Below the pieces are notes generated by a model. It saw nothing but the letters and a program-made list of their open reading frames with translations, was not told the origin of the DNA and searched no databases. Shown here piece after piece: positions 48,913 to 57,583 of a DNA stretch of 64,000 nt. A program made the translations under genes and the position numbers. Location: positions 4,538 through 68,537 of IMG/VR virus record IMGVR_UViG_3300042691_016049, one strand, 5' to 3'. Source of the stretch: a virus. The stretch's first letter is position 1, and each line of letters opens with the position of its first letter.

Positions 48913-50238
48913 ATGGCTGATATCCTTAATTCCGCCCTCACGGGTGAAGCAGACTTTGCTGGCACAATTTTTGGCGGCAAAAACCAAGAACCCGTAGAAC
49001 CCACGCCGAGTGAGACGCCTGCACCCGAAGCTCAAGAACAGTCCGCCACCGAGACTCCGAAAGAAGAAGCTCCCAAAGAGGAGAAAAAATCTCCCATCAA
49101 AGCGGAACCCAAGGCCGAAAAGAAACCCAAGGCCACCAAAGAGGAGACTGCCAAGGCGGTAGAAACCCTTACCAAGGAAGTTGCTTCGGAGAAGACTGAG
49201 GATAAGTCAAATGAGAATACTTCGGAAGACGATCTTCCGCTCAATCCCCACTTTGCCGACAAGCCTGTGGCAGACAGGCCCGAAGGCGATGATTCCGAGA
49301 AGGGGATCTCAAGCTGGAAAGAAATCAAAACCGAAATGAAAAAGGCCCGTGAAGAGCGGGATCGTCTCAAGGCTGAATTGGAAGCCACCAAAGAGAAGGT
49401 TGGCAAATATGAGGGTGAAACAGTCAAGAGTCTCCAAGAAGAGCTTGAGGGCTACAAAACCCGCCTTGCCGAGCTTAATCGCGAACTAAAGGCCGCTAAT
49501 TTTGAAAGAAGCCCCGAATACGTCGAGACCATCAAAAAGCCCCTAAGTGGCCTTCAGGGTGATTTACGAGCCATTGCAGAAGCCAATGACGCCGATTTCT
49601 CCAAGCTCTGGCAAGCTTTGACGGAGCCCGATGCCCGTAAGCGCATCGATTCTCTGGAAGATTTGACCAGCGACTTCAAACGCATGGAGCAACTGTCCAT
49701 CGTCAAAATGGCCGATAAATACCATGAGTTGGCACAATACCATGAACGGTTCCAGAAAGAAGCGGAAACCCTCGCGGAAGCCGAAGCCGCCCGCAAGGCC
49801 CAATCTGAGCAAGAGTTTATTGAGAATGACCTCCGTCTTCAGAAAGCATTTACTGCCAAAACTTGGACAAATCTTGAAGATCGCTACTCTTTCCTTCAAG
49901 AAATCGACGGACAGGATGAGTGGAATAGTCACATCCGCAATGCCAAGAAGAATGCCGCAGAAACCAACTTGGATCGCTTGAGCGTCGAAGACCGAAGCGC
50001 CATCCTCGCACGGGCTGCTGTTGTCCCCTTCCTTGAGTCGGCAATTAATCATTATACCTCCCAGATGGAGCGGATGAGTGCCGAAAAGGATGCCAAAATT
50101 AAAGAACTTCAGACTCAACTAGAAGGACTGGTCGGAGCCACCCCAAGCTTGGGCAAGGCCACGGAAACCGACAGTAATGATGATGGGGACGAAAATCCTG
50201 ACAGCCTGATGAATTTCGGAAAATCTATTTTCCGTTAA
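48913..50238 (+). CDS. Capsid scaffolding protein
   Basis: Acidic disordered N-terminus plus coiled coil, directly upstream of the capsid gene. Confidence 0.7.
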   Translation: MADILNSALTGEADFAGTIFGGKNQEPVEPTPSETPAPEAQEQSATETPKEEAPKEEKKSPIKAEPKAEKKPKATKEETAKAVETLTKEVASEKTEDKSNENTSEDDLPLNPHFADKPVADRPEGDDSEKGISSWKEIKTEMKKAREERDRLKAELEATKEKVGKYEGETVKSLQEELEGYKTRLAELNRELKAANFERSPEYVETIKKPLSGLQGDLRAIAEANDADFSKLWQALTEPDARKRIDSLEDLTSDFKRMEQLSIVKMADKYHELAQYHERFQKEAETLAEAEAARKAQSEQEFIENDLRLQKAFTAKTWTNLEDRYSFLQEIDGQDEWNSHIRNAKKNAAETNLDRLSVEDRSAILARAAVVPFLESAINHYTSQMERMSAEKDAKIKELQTQLEGLVGATPSLGKATETDSNDDGDENPDSLMNFGKSIFR

Positions 50239-50248
50239 AATTCTGCTA

Positions 50249-50277
50249 TTGACAATTTAACGCAAATGTAATAGTTT
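50249..50277 (+). promoter_or_regulatory. Promoter of the major capsid gene
   Basis: TTGACA-17-TAGTTT followed by a ~165 nt leader. Confidence 0.65.
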
Positions 50278-50445
50278 GCGCTCAAGACTTAAATCCGAGT
50301 TGGTCGCGGATGCCTCGCTGGCGGGTTAGCCTTCAAAATTTGTAGCCGTAAATCTCTGGTCGCGGCCCAGAAACTCAACCGATAGACGGGCATTTTATGC
50401 CTTGATATCAAAACTAACCCATAAACCAAATAGAAATAAAATAAT

Positions 50446-51672
50446 ATGTCAGCACAAACTGCTACCACTTGTGAGGCTATTAGCGACCAGTTTCAACGCG
50501 AGACTGGACGTATCGCTCTTGGCACTCATCGCTTGGGTCTTTATAAAGATCCGTATCTTCGTTTTGTTACCCAGTCGGCTTTCCCCGACAACATGGGCAA
50601 AACGATCACTAACACCATCGCCCAGCGCACGGTTGCCACTGGCAGCGGCTGGGAGGAAATTGGCGTGACTGGTGAGTCTGGTCAGGACAACTCCTGCTTG
50701 GCTCCCGTCAAAAAAGTCGGCTATGCCTTCGACCAAAAGACCTTTTCGCTCCGTCATCAGGCGATTGAGTCGGATTGGATCTGCTTGGAAGACGTTCGTA
50801 CTTCGGCCTTCCCGATTGATGATGTCAACAACTACATCAAAATCCTTGCCGACAACGTCAACAAGGAATGGATTGAGCGTTATGACAACGACTACTATGC
50901 CGCTGTGACGAAAGTCTCTGTGGAACCTGGCCTTGCCGAGTCCACGGGAAGCTCGTTTGGCTCGTTGCCGAACCCGACCTCCGTCCTCACGATTGGCGTC
51001 CTTCGTGAACTCTATGATCGTCTCTACCAGAACAACGCTGGTGATGACGGTGATGCGGTTACCGATGATGGCTCGCCCGTCTTCAACGTGTTTGCCGAAC
51101 GCGCCACGATTGAGAACCTGATCAAACTCAACGACGATGTCCGTCAGGACATTCGCTGGAGTGATCGCGTTAACGATCTGCTTGGTGCCAACGGTTCCTC
51201 GCTGTTGCCCCGCAAGGCTTACGGTGGATTCGTGTTCCATAGCCGTCCGTTCCCGAAACGTTTCAACGATAACGGTTCTGGTGGTTATGTCGAAGTTGCT
51301 CCGTATATCGCTACGAGCGGCGCGACCAAAGGAACAAAGTTCATCATCAACCCCGCCTACAAGGCTGCGAAGTACACCTCCACGGTGATCTTCCACCCGA
51401 AGGCCGTTGAGTGGCTTGTCCCGAATCCTAACCTCAAGGTTGGCAAGCTTGTCTATGATGCTCAGAACTATCGCGGAGATTTCCGCTGGATCAATGAGTA
51501 CGACAAGAACTGCAACCCTGACAAAAACAGCGGTTACTGGCGGGCCAAGATGGCTTGCGCGGCGAAGCAGATTTTCCCCGAATTCGGGTTCTACATTCTG
51601 CACCTCCGTTGCAACCTCGCGAACGACCTCGTCGCCTGCCCTAGCGGCTCTGGCTACGGATACTTGGTCTAA
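50446..51672 (+). CDS. Major capsid protein
   Basis: 408 aa after the scaffold, strongly biased codon usage, own promoter, strong downstream hairpin. Confidence 0.75.
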   Translation: MSAQTATTCEAISDQFQRETGRIALGTHRLGLYKDPYLRFVTQSAFPDNMGKTITNTIAQRTVATGSGWEEIGVTGESGQDNSCLAPVKKVGYAFDQKTFSLRHQAIESDWICLEDVRTSAFPIDDVNNYIKILADNVNKEWIERYDNDYYAAVTKVSVEPGLAESTGSSFGSLPNPTSVLTIGVLRELYDRLYQNNAGDDGDAVTDDGSPVFNVFAERATIENLIKLNDDVRQDIRWSDRVNDLLGANGSSLLPRKAYGGFVFHSRPFPKRFNDNGSGGYVEVAPYIATSGATKGTKFIINPAYKAAKYTSTVIFHPKAVEWLVPNPNLKVGKLVYDAQNYRGDFRWINEYDKNCNPDKNSGYWRAKMACAAKQIFPEFGFYILHLRCNLANDLVACPSGSGYGYLV

Positions 51673-51680
51673 TAGTTAGG

Positions 51681-51735
51681 CTCCCTTCATCAAGGCTTGC
51701 CTTGGAGTAAAATCTAAGGCAAGCTCTATGAGGAG
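51681..51735 (+). terminator. Long stable hairpin after the capsid gene (terminator or processing site)
   Basis: GCTTGCCTTGGA-GTAAAA-TCTAAGGCAAGC with extended pairing; no U-tract. Confidence 0.55.
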
Positions 51736-51746
51736 AGATAACTATT

Positions 51747-51995
51747 ATGAAACTAACTATACCTGAAGGATACACCCTGCCCGAAGACGTTGCCGATGGC
51801 GACACGTTTGAGGAACTTGTTACATTCCGTGTGGACGGCGATTCGCTGACCCCCACCATGTTGGCTGGCGTCGAGATTGCGACTGAAGAGGCCGAAGACG
51901 AAGAGGATGACATGGAGGAGGAAGCTGCTGACGAAATGGAAGCTAATGTTTCCCCGATGCGCGGAATGGGCGAGCGAATCATGGGCATGGCCTAA
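51747..51995 (+). CDS. Small acidic protein
   Basis: Asp/Glu-rich; GAGGAG RBS upstream. Confidence 0.65.
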   Translation: MKLTIPEGYTLPEDVADGDTFEELVTFRVDGDSLTPTMLAGVEIATEEAEDEEDDMEEEAADEMEANVSPMRGMGERIMGMA

Positions 51996-52016
51996 CCGTT
52001 GGAGAGTCCATAGACT

Positions 52017-52673
52017 ATGGCTCTTCCAGCTTTAGATGCTACGTTTGCTTCGGCGGCGGATCTGCCCCGAAGGATGATGCTTGCCAAGTGGCTTGTTGAG
52101 GAAAAGGGAGAAACACAGGCTCCTTCTTCTGTTTTGGTTTCAGGAATAAATGAAACAGGAAATGGATCATATTTATATGATGGAAATCTTAATGGAAAGC
52201 CATCTTATAAAAAATCTGATGTTATTTTTATTCAGTGGGATGGCGGATGGACTATAAATATTGATGGAGATGTTCTTTCATCTATTTCAAATGTTGCCTA
52301 TCCTTGGCTTGCGACAGGATGGTTTGGAGATATCGATGTAACTAATCTTGTAGTTACTGAAGTTTCAGCAGCCAGCCCGATCTCCAACTACTACTCTCTT
52401 CCAGAACGCTATCTCTGGGCCAAGATCGCCGTAGCCGTGGGAGCAGATAGAACTGAAGCAGACTATATTAGCCTTCCAAAAAACTATGTATGGAGCGATA
52501 TCTACAGGGCATTAACTTCTGAACCAGATACATTTCTAGACTGGAATGAAAAAGAAGCCTTGGGACATATTGCCGCCGCTTATCGCGGAGATACGGGCAA
52601 CCCCGCAAACCTAGCCACATATATTGACTGGCCTTGGCGCTATCAAGTGGCTTCAATTATTACGGCGCTATGA
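52017..52673 (+). CDS. Hypothetical virion protein with an AT-rich inserted domain
   Basis: LP..Y.W repeats flank an AT-rich 'NGKPSY..W' segment. Confidence 0.6.
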   Translation: MALPALDATFASAADLPRRMMLAKWLVEEKGETQAPSSVLVSGINETGNGSYLYDGNLNGKPSYKKSDVIFIQWDGGWTINIDGDVLSSISNVAYPWLATGWFGDIDVTNLVVTEVSAASPISNYYSLPERYLWAKIAVAVGADRTEADYISLPKNYVWSDIYRALTSEPDTFLDWNEKEALGHIAAAYRGDTGNPANLATYIDWPWRYQVASIITAL

Positions 52674-52942
52674 GCATCCAACCCGTTAGAAATGAGCGAG
52701 GCATAAAACTTACGATGAGTGAGTTGATTGCTGGAACAGCCCTGATGGTTACTTTGTTTTCGGCGCTTAACGGATGGGTTGTCCTCCCAGAACAGATGAG
52801 AGCCATACAGGGCAATGACGCCAAACAAGATGCAAAGATCGAATTAATCCAGAAAGACGCCCAAGCGCGTTCCGAGACCTTGGCCCGAATTGATGAGCGC
52901 ACAAAAAGAATCGAAGAATACTTGCAATCCAAGGGCTTCTAA
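52670..52942 (+). CDS. TM + coiled-coil protein (lysis-associated)
   Basis: One TM followed by 'LARIDERTKRIE'. Confidence 0.6.
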   Translation: MSIQPVRNERGIKLTMSELIAGTALMVTLFSALNGWVVLPEQMRAIQGNDAKQDAKIELIQKDAQARSETLARIDERTKRIEEYLQSKGF

Positions 52943-52958
52943 TCTAGCTTTATACCAT

Positions 52959-53243
52959 ATGAAATCATTCTTTGCCAAAATCTGGGGAATTACCTCCAAT
53001 GTCTTCAACTTCTTCCTTCCGATTCTTAAAGAGGTTGCATCCTCTTCGGTTGCCGCACTTTTGCCGATTGCTTTAGAGATTGTTGAGTCTCTTGCATACA
53101 CGGACAAAACTGGGGCACAAAAACGAGAAGCCGCTGTCAAAAAGCTCACTACCGAAGCTAGAAAACAGGGCATCAGCGCCTCTGAGTCCCTGATTCGTTT
53201 TGCTATTGAATCTGCTGTGCAGCGTTATAAATTGGATCTATGA
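52959..53243 (+). CDS. Holin-like protein
   Basis: 'TGAQKREAA..IESAV' pattern; located in the lysis cassette. Confidence 0.5.
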   Translation: MKSFFAKIWGITSNVFNFFLPILKEVASSSVAALLPIALEIVESLAYTDKTGAQKREAAVKKLTTEARKQGISASESLIRFAIESAVQRYKLDL

Positions 53244-53581
53244 AAGACAAAATCCTTGCATTCCTAGTTTCCAAAGCGGGAGGCGTTATCACCCCTCTTG
53301 TGGCCATGGGCGTAGCTGCTATTGTATCAAAGCTTGCTATGATTGATCCCACGCTGGCCGAATCCGTCGATCAAGTTAGCCTTACGGGATTTATTGTGGC
53401 CTTGATTCTGGCGATTGTTAACTACATTACCAACGAGGTTCAATCCAAGGGAGTTAAACAGATTCAGGCTTTGGTTAATACAACCCAAGATGGCATTGTC
53501 GGGCCGATTACCTACACTGAGGTTCGTCGGGCCATCAAGGTTCCCAAGATGCCCAAGCCTGTTCGTAGAAAGAAGAAATGA
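53240..53581 (+). CDS. Two-TM protein with a peptidoglycan-binding-like tail
   Basis: Two hydrophobic helices and 'VKQIQALV..DGIVGPIT'. Confidence 0.6.
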   Translation: MKDKILAFLVSKAGGVITPLVAMGVAAIVSKLAMIDPTLAESVDQVSLTGFIVALILAIVNYITNEVQSKGVKQIQALVNTTQDGIVGPITYTEVRRAIKVPKMPKPVRRKKK

Positions 53582-53807
53582 GGCTATCCCATGAAACGCT
53601 CAAAGCAATACTCGTCAAATCCCCGCCCCAAGAAGATCGCAGAAATTTCTTTGTCCGTTTATTCAGTTCCGTCCGACTCACAGCCAAAATCAAGCGGAGC
53701 CATGATGGAAAGATTGCCCGATCCTTCGGAGTCCGAGGTGGAGCGGATTTTTAGGAATTGGGATATTGGGCGCAGGAAGTGCTGTTGGTAAAAAATGGAA
53801 AAGCCCA

Positions 53808-54461
53808 ATGTGGCAGTTGATCCTGAAACTACTTGGGCTAGAATCAAAAAGTGGCCAAGCGCCGTCCTTGCAGAGTTTGCCATCCGTATCCAAGTCGAAC
53901 TCCATGAAAGAGCCGAGCATCAAAAAAGAAAAAGATCAAAGCGCAGTAGAAAAGCTGGTTAAAATAGCACTGTCTCAAGTTGGTGTTAAAGAGTCTGGCG
54001 GAAACAACAACGGGGCAAAGATCCGCAAGTATCAGACTGCTACCAATCTAAAACCAGCTTCTTGGCCATGGTGCGCTGCGTTTACGGGATGGGTTATACA
54101 GGAATGGCTTAAAGATCCAGAGGTGGTCAAATGGTTGGGGCTTAAGGTTATGACCCCAGAAAAGTGGAGGCCCAAGACAGCCGCCGCATTTGGATATATT
54201 AAATGGGCCAAAGACCGCCCCGCCACCACCAAGGTATTGGGCGAGAGGGACAGGCCGCAAGTCGGTGATCTGGTTGTGTTTGATTTCTCCCATATTGGTA
54301 TTGTTACCAAGGTGAATGCTAAAAATTTTCAGTGCGTGGAGGGCAATACCAATGGCAGGGGAGATCGAGATTCCGTTTCTGGTGACGGCGTTTGGCTAAA
54401 AACCAGAACTCCTTCACTTGTAAGATGTTACATTAGAATCAACCCATCAACAGCAGTATGA
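53808..54461 (+). CDS. Endolysin, CHAP-family amidase
   Basis: 'SQVGVKE..NN', 'WPWCAAF', 'SHIGIV' and 'VEGNT'. Confidence 0.85.
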   Translation: MWQLILKLLGLESKSGQAPSLQSLPSVSKSNSMKEPSIKKEKDQSAVEKLVKIALSQVGVKESGGNNNGAKIRKYQTATNLKPASWPWCAAFTGWVIQEWLKDPEVVKWLGLKVMTPEKWRPKTAAAFGYIKWAKDRPATTKVLGERDRPQVGDLVVFDFSHIGIVTKVNAKNFQCVEGNTNGRGDRDSVSGDGVWLKTRTPSLVRCYIRINPSTAV

Positions 54462-54614
54462 AAGACGGCGAAAAACCCCGAAAGAAAAAGAACTACCGTA
54501 GGCCCGAAGCCAGAGAGTGCCCCTACTGTGGCTCAAAAAATATTGAACAAACGTCAATCAAGCATGTCGGAGTAGTCAAGACATGCAAGAATTGCAGAGA
54601 ACAAATCGACTGAT

Positions 54615-54878
54615 ATGGCATCTCATGACAAGAGACTCCAGAAGGTATTGGACAAGCTGTGTCGCGATTTGGTTGAATACTTTGATTCGGGCTTTGTCGT
54701 TGCCACTTTTCAAGATGGCGGAGAAACCAAGAATGCATTCGTCAAGTTTGGTAATGATTACGCTATTGAGGGCATTGTATCCAACATCCATGACATCCTT
54801 TATGGGCAGGAAGAGGATGGGGACGATGACGATGACTTGGATGACGGGGACTTGAAAAAGGTTATCAAAGACTCTTAA
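54615..54878 (+). CDS. Hypothetical acidic protein
   Basis: 'LVEYFDS..GNDYAIEG' with an Asp-rich tail. Confidence 0.6.
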   Translation: MASHDKRLQKVLDKLCRDLVEYFDSGFVVATFQDGGETKNAFVKFGNDYAIEGIVSNIHDILYGQEEDGDDDDDLDDGDLKKVIKDS

Positions 54879-54898
54879 CAACCACACTAACACAATAC

Positions 54899-55501
54899 AT
54901 GACTACAGTATACATCTGTGGCCCTATGCGCGGCCACAAGAACCTCAATCATCCTGCATTCTTTGAGGCCGAAGAGGCCCTAATGAAGGCGGGGCACAAA
55001 GTAATCAATCCAGCAAGGATGGATCAAGACCTTGGGCTAGATCCCCACAACTCCCAGATGGACAGCAAGTTCATTGAAGAAGCTGCCAGAAGAGATATTG
55101 ATGCGGTTTTTGAATGCGACGAGGTGGTACTCCTTCCCAAATGGGAGAAGTCCAAGGGGGCTAGAGCGGAAGTGGCTGTTGCCCAATGGCTGGAAAAACC
55201 CTTGCGCCTTTATCCATCAATGGTTAGATTGGAAAAAGAAGATGTGTGCGACATTGCCAAGCGCCTTACTTCCTATGATCGCCAAACAGACTATGGAAGT
55301 CCGATTGAAGACTTTACCAAACAGGCCAAAATGTGGGGGGCCATTCTCGGAACCAATGTAACCACGCAACAAATTGCCATGTGCATGATTGCCGTTAAAC
55401 TTTCCAGACTCACCAATTCGCCCCGTCATCGCGACTCAGTCGCAGACATCTGTGGGTATGCGCGGTGTTTAGATCTTTGCAACCAAGCAACCTCTCTATG
55501 A
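54899..55501 (+). CDS. DUF4406 (NDT-like) + DUF6378-like fusion
   Basis: 'VYICGPMRG..N.PAF..NPA..LPKWEKSKGARAE' and 'DRQTDYGSP..KLSR..HRDS.ADICGYA'. Confidence 0.75.
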   Translation: MTTVYICGPMRGHKNLNHPAFFEAEEALMKAGHKVINPARMDQDLGLDPHNSQMDSKFIEEAARRDIDAVFECDEVVLLPKWEKSKGARAEVAVAQWLEKPLRLYPSMVRLEKEDVCDIAKRLTSYDRQTDYGSPIEDFTKQAKMWGAILGTNVTTQQIAMCMIAVKLSRLTNSPRHRDSVADICGYARCLDLCNQATSL

Positions 55502-56286
55502 GTAAAAAAATAGCAGTCCTATCGGACTTCCACTGCGGACATAAGGTCGGTTTAACCCCTAGGGGATATCTCCCCGAAGAACCAGCAGAAGAGCGGTCAC
55601 GCTGGGTTAATGCCAATAAAGCCTACTACAACTGGTACAACCAGAATATCCGCAAGAACGGCCCCTACGATATCATTTTTCTGAATGGAGATCTCGTAGA
55701 CGGCACTGGTAAAAAGTCGGGCGGAACCGAACAAATCACCACCGACATGGAGGAGCAGTGTGATATGGCGGTCAAGATCATCCGCGAAATCCCGAAAACC
55801 AAAAACTGCAAAATAGTTATCACTAGGGGAACCCCCTACCATACAGGGGATGCGGAGGACTGGGAAAACATTATCGCAGAACGTGTAGACGCCGCAATCG
55901 GAGAGCATGAGTGGGTGGACGTAGAGGGGGTTATATTTGACCTTAAACACCATCCAGCAGGCTCAAGCGGCATTCCCCATGGTCGGCATAGCGGAGTGGC
56001 CAGAGACCGCCTCTGGAACCTTATATGGGCCGAAAAAGAACTACAGCCAAAGGGAGACATCTTTATCCGATCCCACGTTCATTATCATAACTTCGCAGGA
56101 GGCCCAGACTGGCTGGCCATGACCACCCCAGCCTTACAGGGATTTGGCTCCCGTTTCGGATCCAGACGTTGCACGGGCATTGTTGATTTCGGATTTGTAA
56201 TTTTCACCGTAAACAAAGGAACATACACATGGCAACCCATCATAGCAAAACTGGAAGAGCAAAAAGCTCCAATGATAAAATTGTAG
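55498..56286 (+). CDS. Calcineurin-like metallophosphoesterase
   Basis: 'SDFHCG', 'NGDLVDG', 'GTPYH' and 'SHVH'. Confidence 0.85.
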   Translation: MSKKIAVLSDFHCGHKVGLTPRGYLPEEPAEERSRWVNANKAYYNWYNQNIRKNGPYDIIFLNGDLVDGTGKKSGGTEQITTDMEEQCDMAVKIIREIPKTKNCKIVITRGTPYHTGDAEDWENIIAERVDAAIGEHEWVDVEGVIFDLKHHPAGSSGIPHGRHSGVARDRLWNLIWAEKELQPKGDIFIRSHVHYHNFAGGPDWLAMTTPALQGFGSRFGSRRCTGIVDFGFVIFTVNKGTYTWQPIIAKLEEQKAPMIKL

Positions 56287-56519
56287 TCCCGTCATGGGAT
56301 GAGGTATGGGACTCGTTTGATATCCGAAACCAAAAGACCACCATTGAGGCGATGAACGCCGAAGGATGGAGAACAGTAGATCAGGTAATACAAAAAACTG
56401 GACTATCAAGCCCTCGCATTTACAACATGATGCGAGAGGGAAAGTTTGAAGCAGTCAAAAAAAAGGTTTTCCATGCTGGAAAAACCAGAGACATTAACTT
56501 TGTCAGGCCGAAACTTTAA
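56229..56519 (+). CDS. Small HTH-like protein
   Basis: 'GWRTVDQVIQKTGLSSPRIY'. Confidence 0.5.
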   Translation: MATHHSKTGRAKSSNDKIVVPSWDEVWDSFDIRNQKTTIEAMNAEGWRTVDQVIQKTGLSSPRIYNMMREGKFEAVKKKVFHAGKTRDINFVRPKL

Positions 56520-57339
56520 GATCGCCAGTTTTGGTATCGAAAGTTTTGTAAAGTTTGTATAAAGCCTCTGGGTTGTGGCGACCAAGAGAGTCAATTGTCC
56601 TGCTCATTGTATCCACTCTTGATTTGCCGCCCATTAGGTGACAATACCCCTTGCGTTCGGCATCGTCTTCAATGCTGTTGTTGTCCAAAAATGTCATTAC
56701 TGGTATTTCGTTTTTATTGGCAAATGCAGTAAAGCAAAACTGCTCATATATTATAGCTTGTCCACTGAACGGCCTTCCGTTGCCAGCACAGCCAAAAATA
56801 TCCTGACAATATTGGTGGCATTTTTCCAAATCAAAACATCCAAAAAGACCCATATTGTGTTGTGTCCACAGTTTTTGGGTTGCCCTTTCTTCGGCATATT
56901 CTGGAAAAATGTGGCCATTATTTTTGGCCATAAAGTAAACAGACCTAATATGATCCTGTTTGTCTGATGACGATTCCAAGTTTTGTGTTAAAAAGCCAGA
57001 GTTCCAGAGTTCTAAATTTGGATTTTTGTAAATAAAAACATCATGGTCAATGTGCAGAAACGGTTCGGATTGTTGTGAATAAGACATTATCTTATTCATT
57101 TGCCAGTTGTAATCTCCGAACTGTTGACAATTCTGGTGAACTATAGACACATCGCTAAACAGTTCAGACAAAAACTCCCCCATATCTGGAGTTGTTCTTA
57201 TTTCAATATTGTTAAAATATTGTTTAGACAGAGTGACCGACAGCAGCAGACAGGCTCTGTCGAAAAATTTATTACAGAAAAAGCTGTTTGGAATATAAGA
57301 TCCAACGTCTTCAAAAATTGCGGTGTATACAAGTTTCAT
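56503..57339 (-). CDS. DUF6734-like putative glycosyltransferase
   Basis: 'KIMSYSQQSEPFLHIDHDVFI', 'NMGLFG', 'EQ' and 'YCHLMG'. Confidence 0.65.
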   Translation of the reverse strand: MKLVYTAIFEDVGSYIPNSFFCNKFFDRACLLLSVTLSKQYFNNIEIRTTPDMGEFLSELFSDVSIVHQNCQQFGDYNWQMNKIMSYSQQSEPFLHIDHDVFIYKNPNLELWNSGFLTQNLESSSDKQDHIRSVYFMAKNNGHIFPEYAEERATQKLWTQHNMGLFGCFDLEKCHQYCQDIFGCAGNGRPFSGQAIIYEQFCFTAFANKNEIPVMTFLDNNSIEDDAERKGYCHLMGGKSRVDTMSRTIDSLGRHNPEALYKLYKTFDTKTGDLKVSA

Positions 57340-57575
57340 GGTATTGTTCCTAGTGCCGATCCAGATCCTATTGAAATATTAAGTGCCGAGATGTAATTTG
57401 TTGTCTGATCCATTTGCCTTGATGTCAGGTCAAATAGCTTCTCTGAAAAAACAAGCCTAGATCCTTGTGGCCCGCTCGGAGCATATGGACTGTTTCCCCG
57501 AATAAACGCTTGAGGGTCTTTTGTTCCAAGGCCAACAAATGCTGGACTAGCTTTATATTGTGGCAACCCATCCAT
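57336..57575 (-). CDS. Hypothetical protein
   Basis: Operon position. Confidence 0.5.
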   Translation of the reverse strand: MDGLPQYKASPAFVGLGTKDPQAFIRGNSPYAPSGPQGSRLVFSEKLFDLTSRQMDQTTNYISALNISIGSGSALGTIP

Positions 57576-57583
57576 TATATCAT

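Noticed and set aside
50449-51603. 384-aa minus-strand ORF
   Set aside because: Antisense shadow of the codon-biased capsid gene; no motifs.
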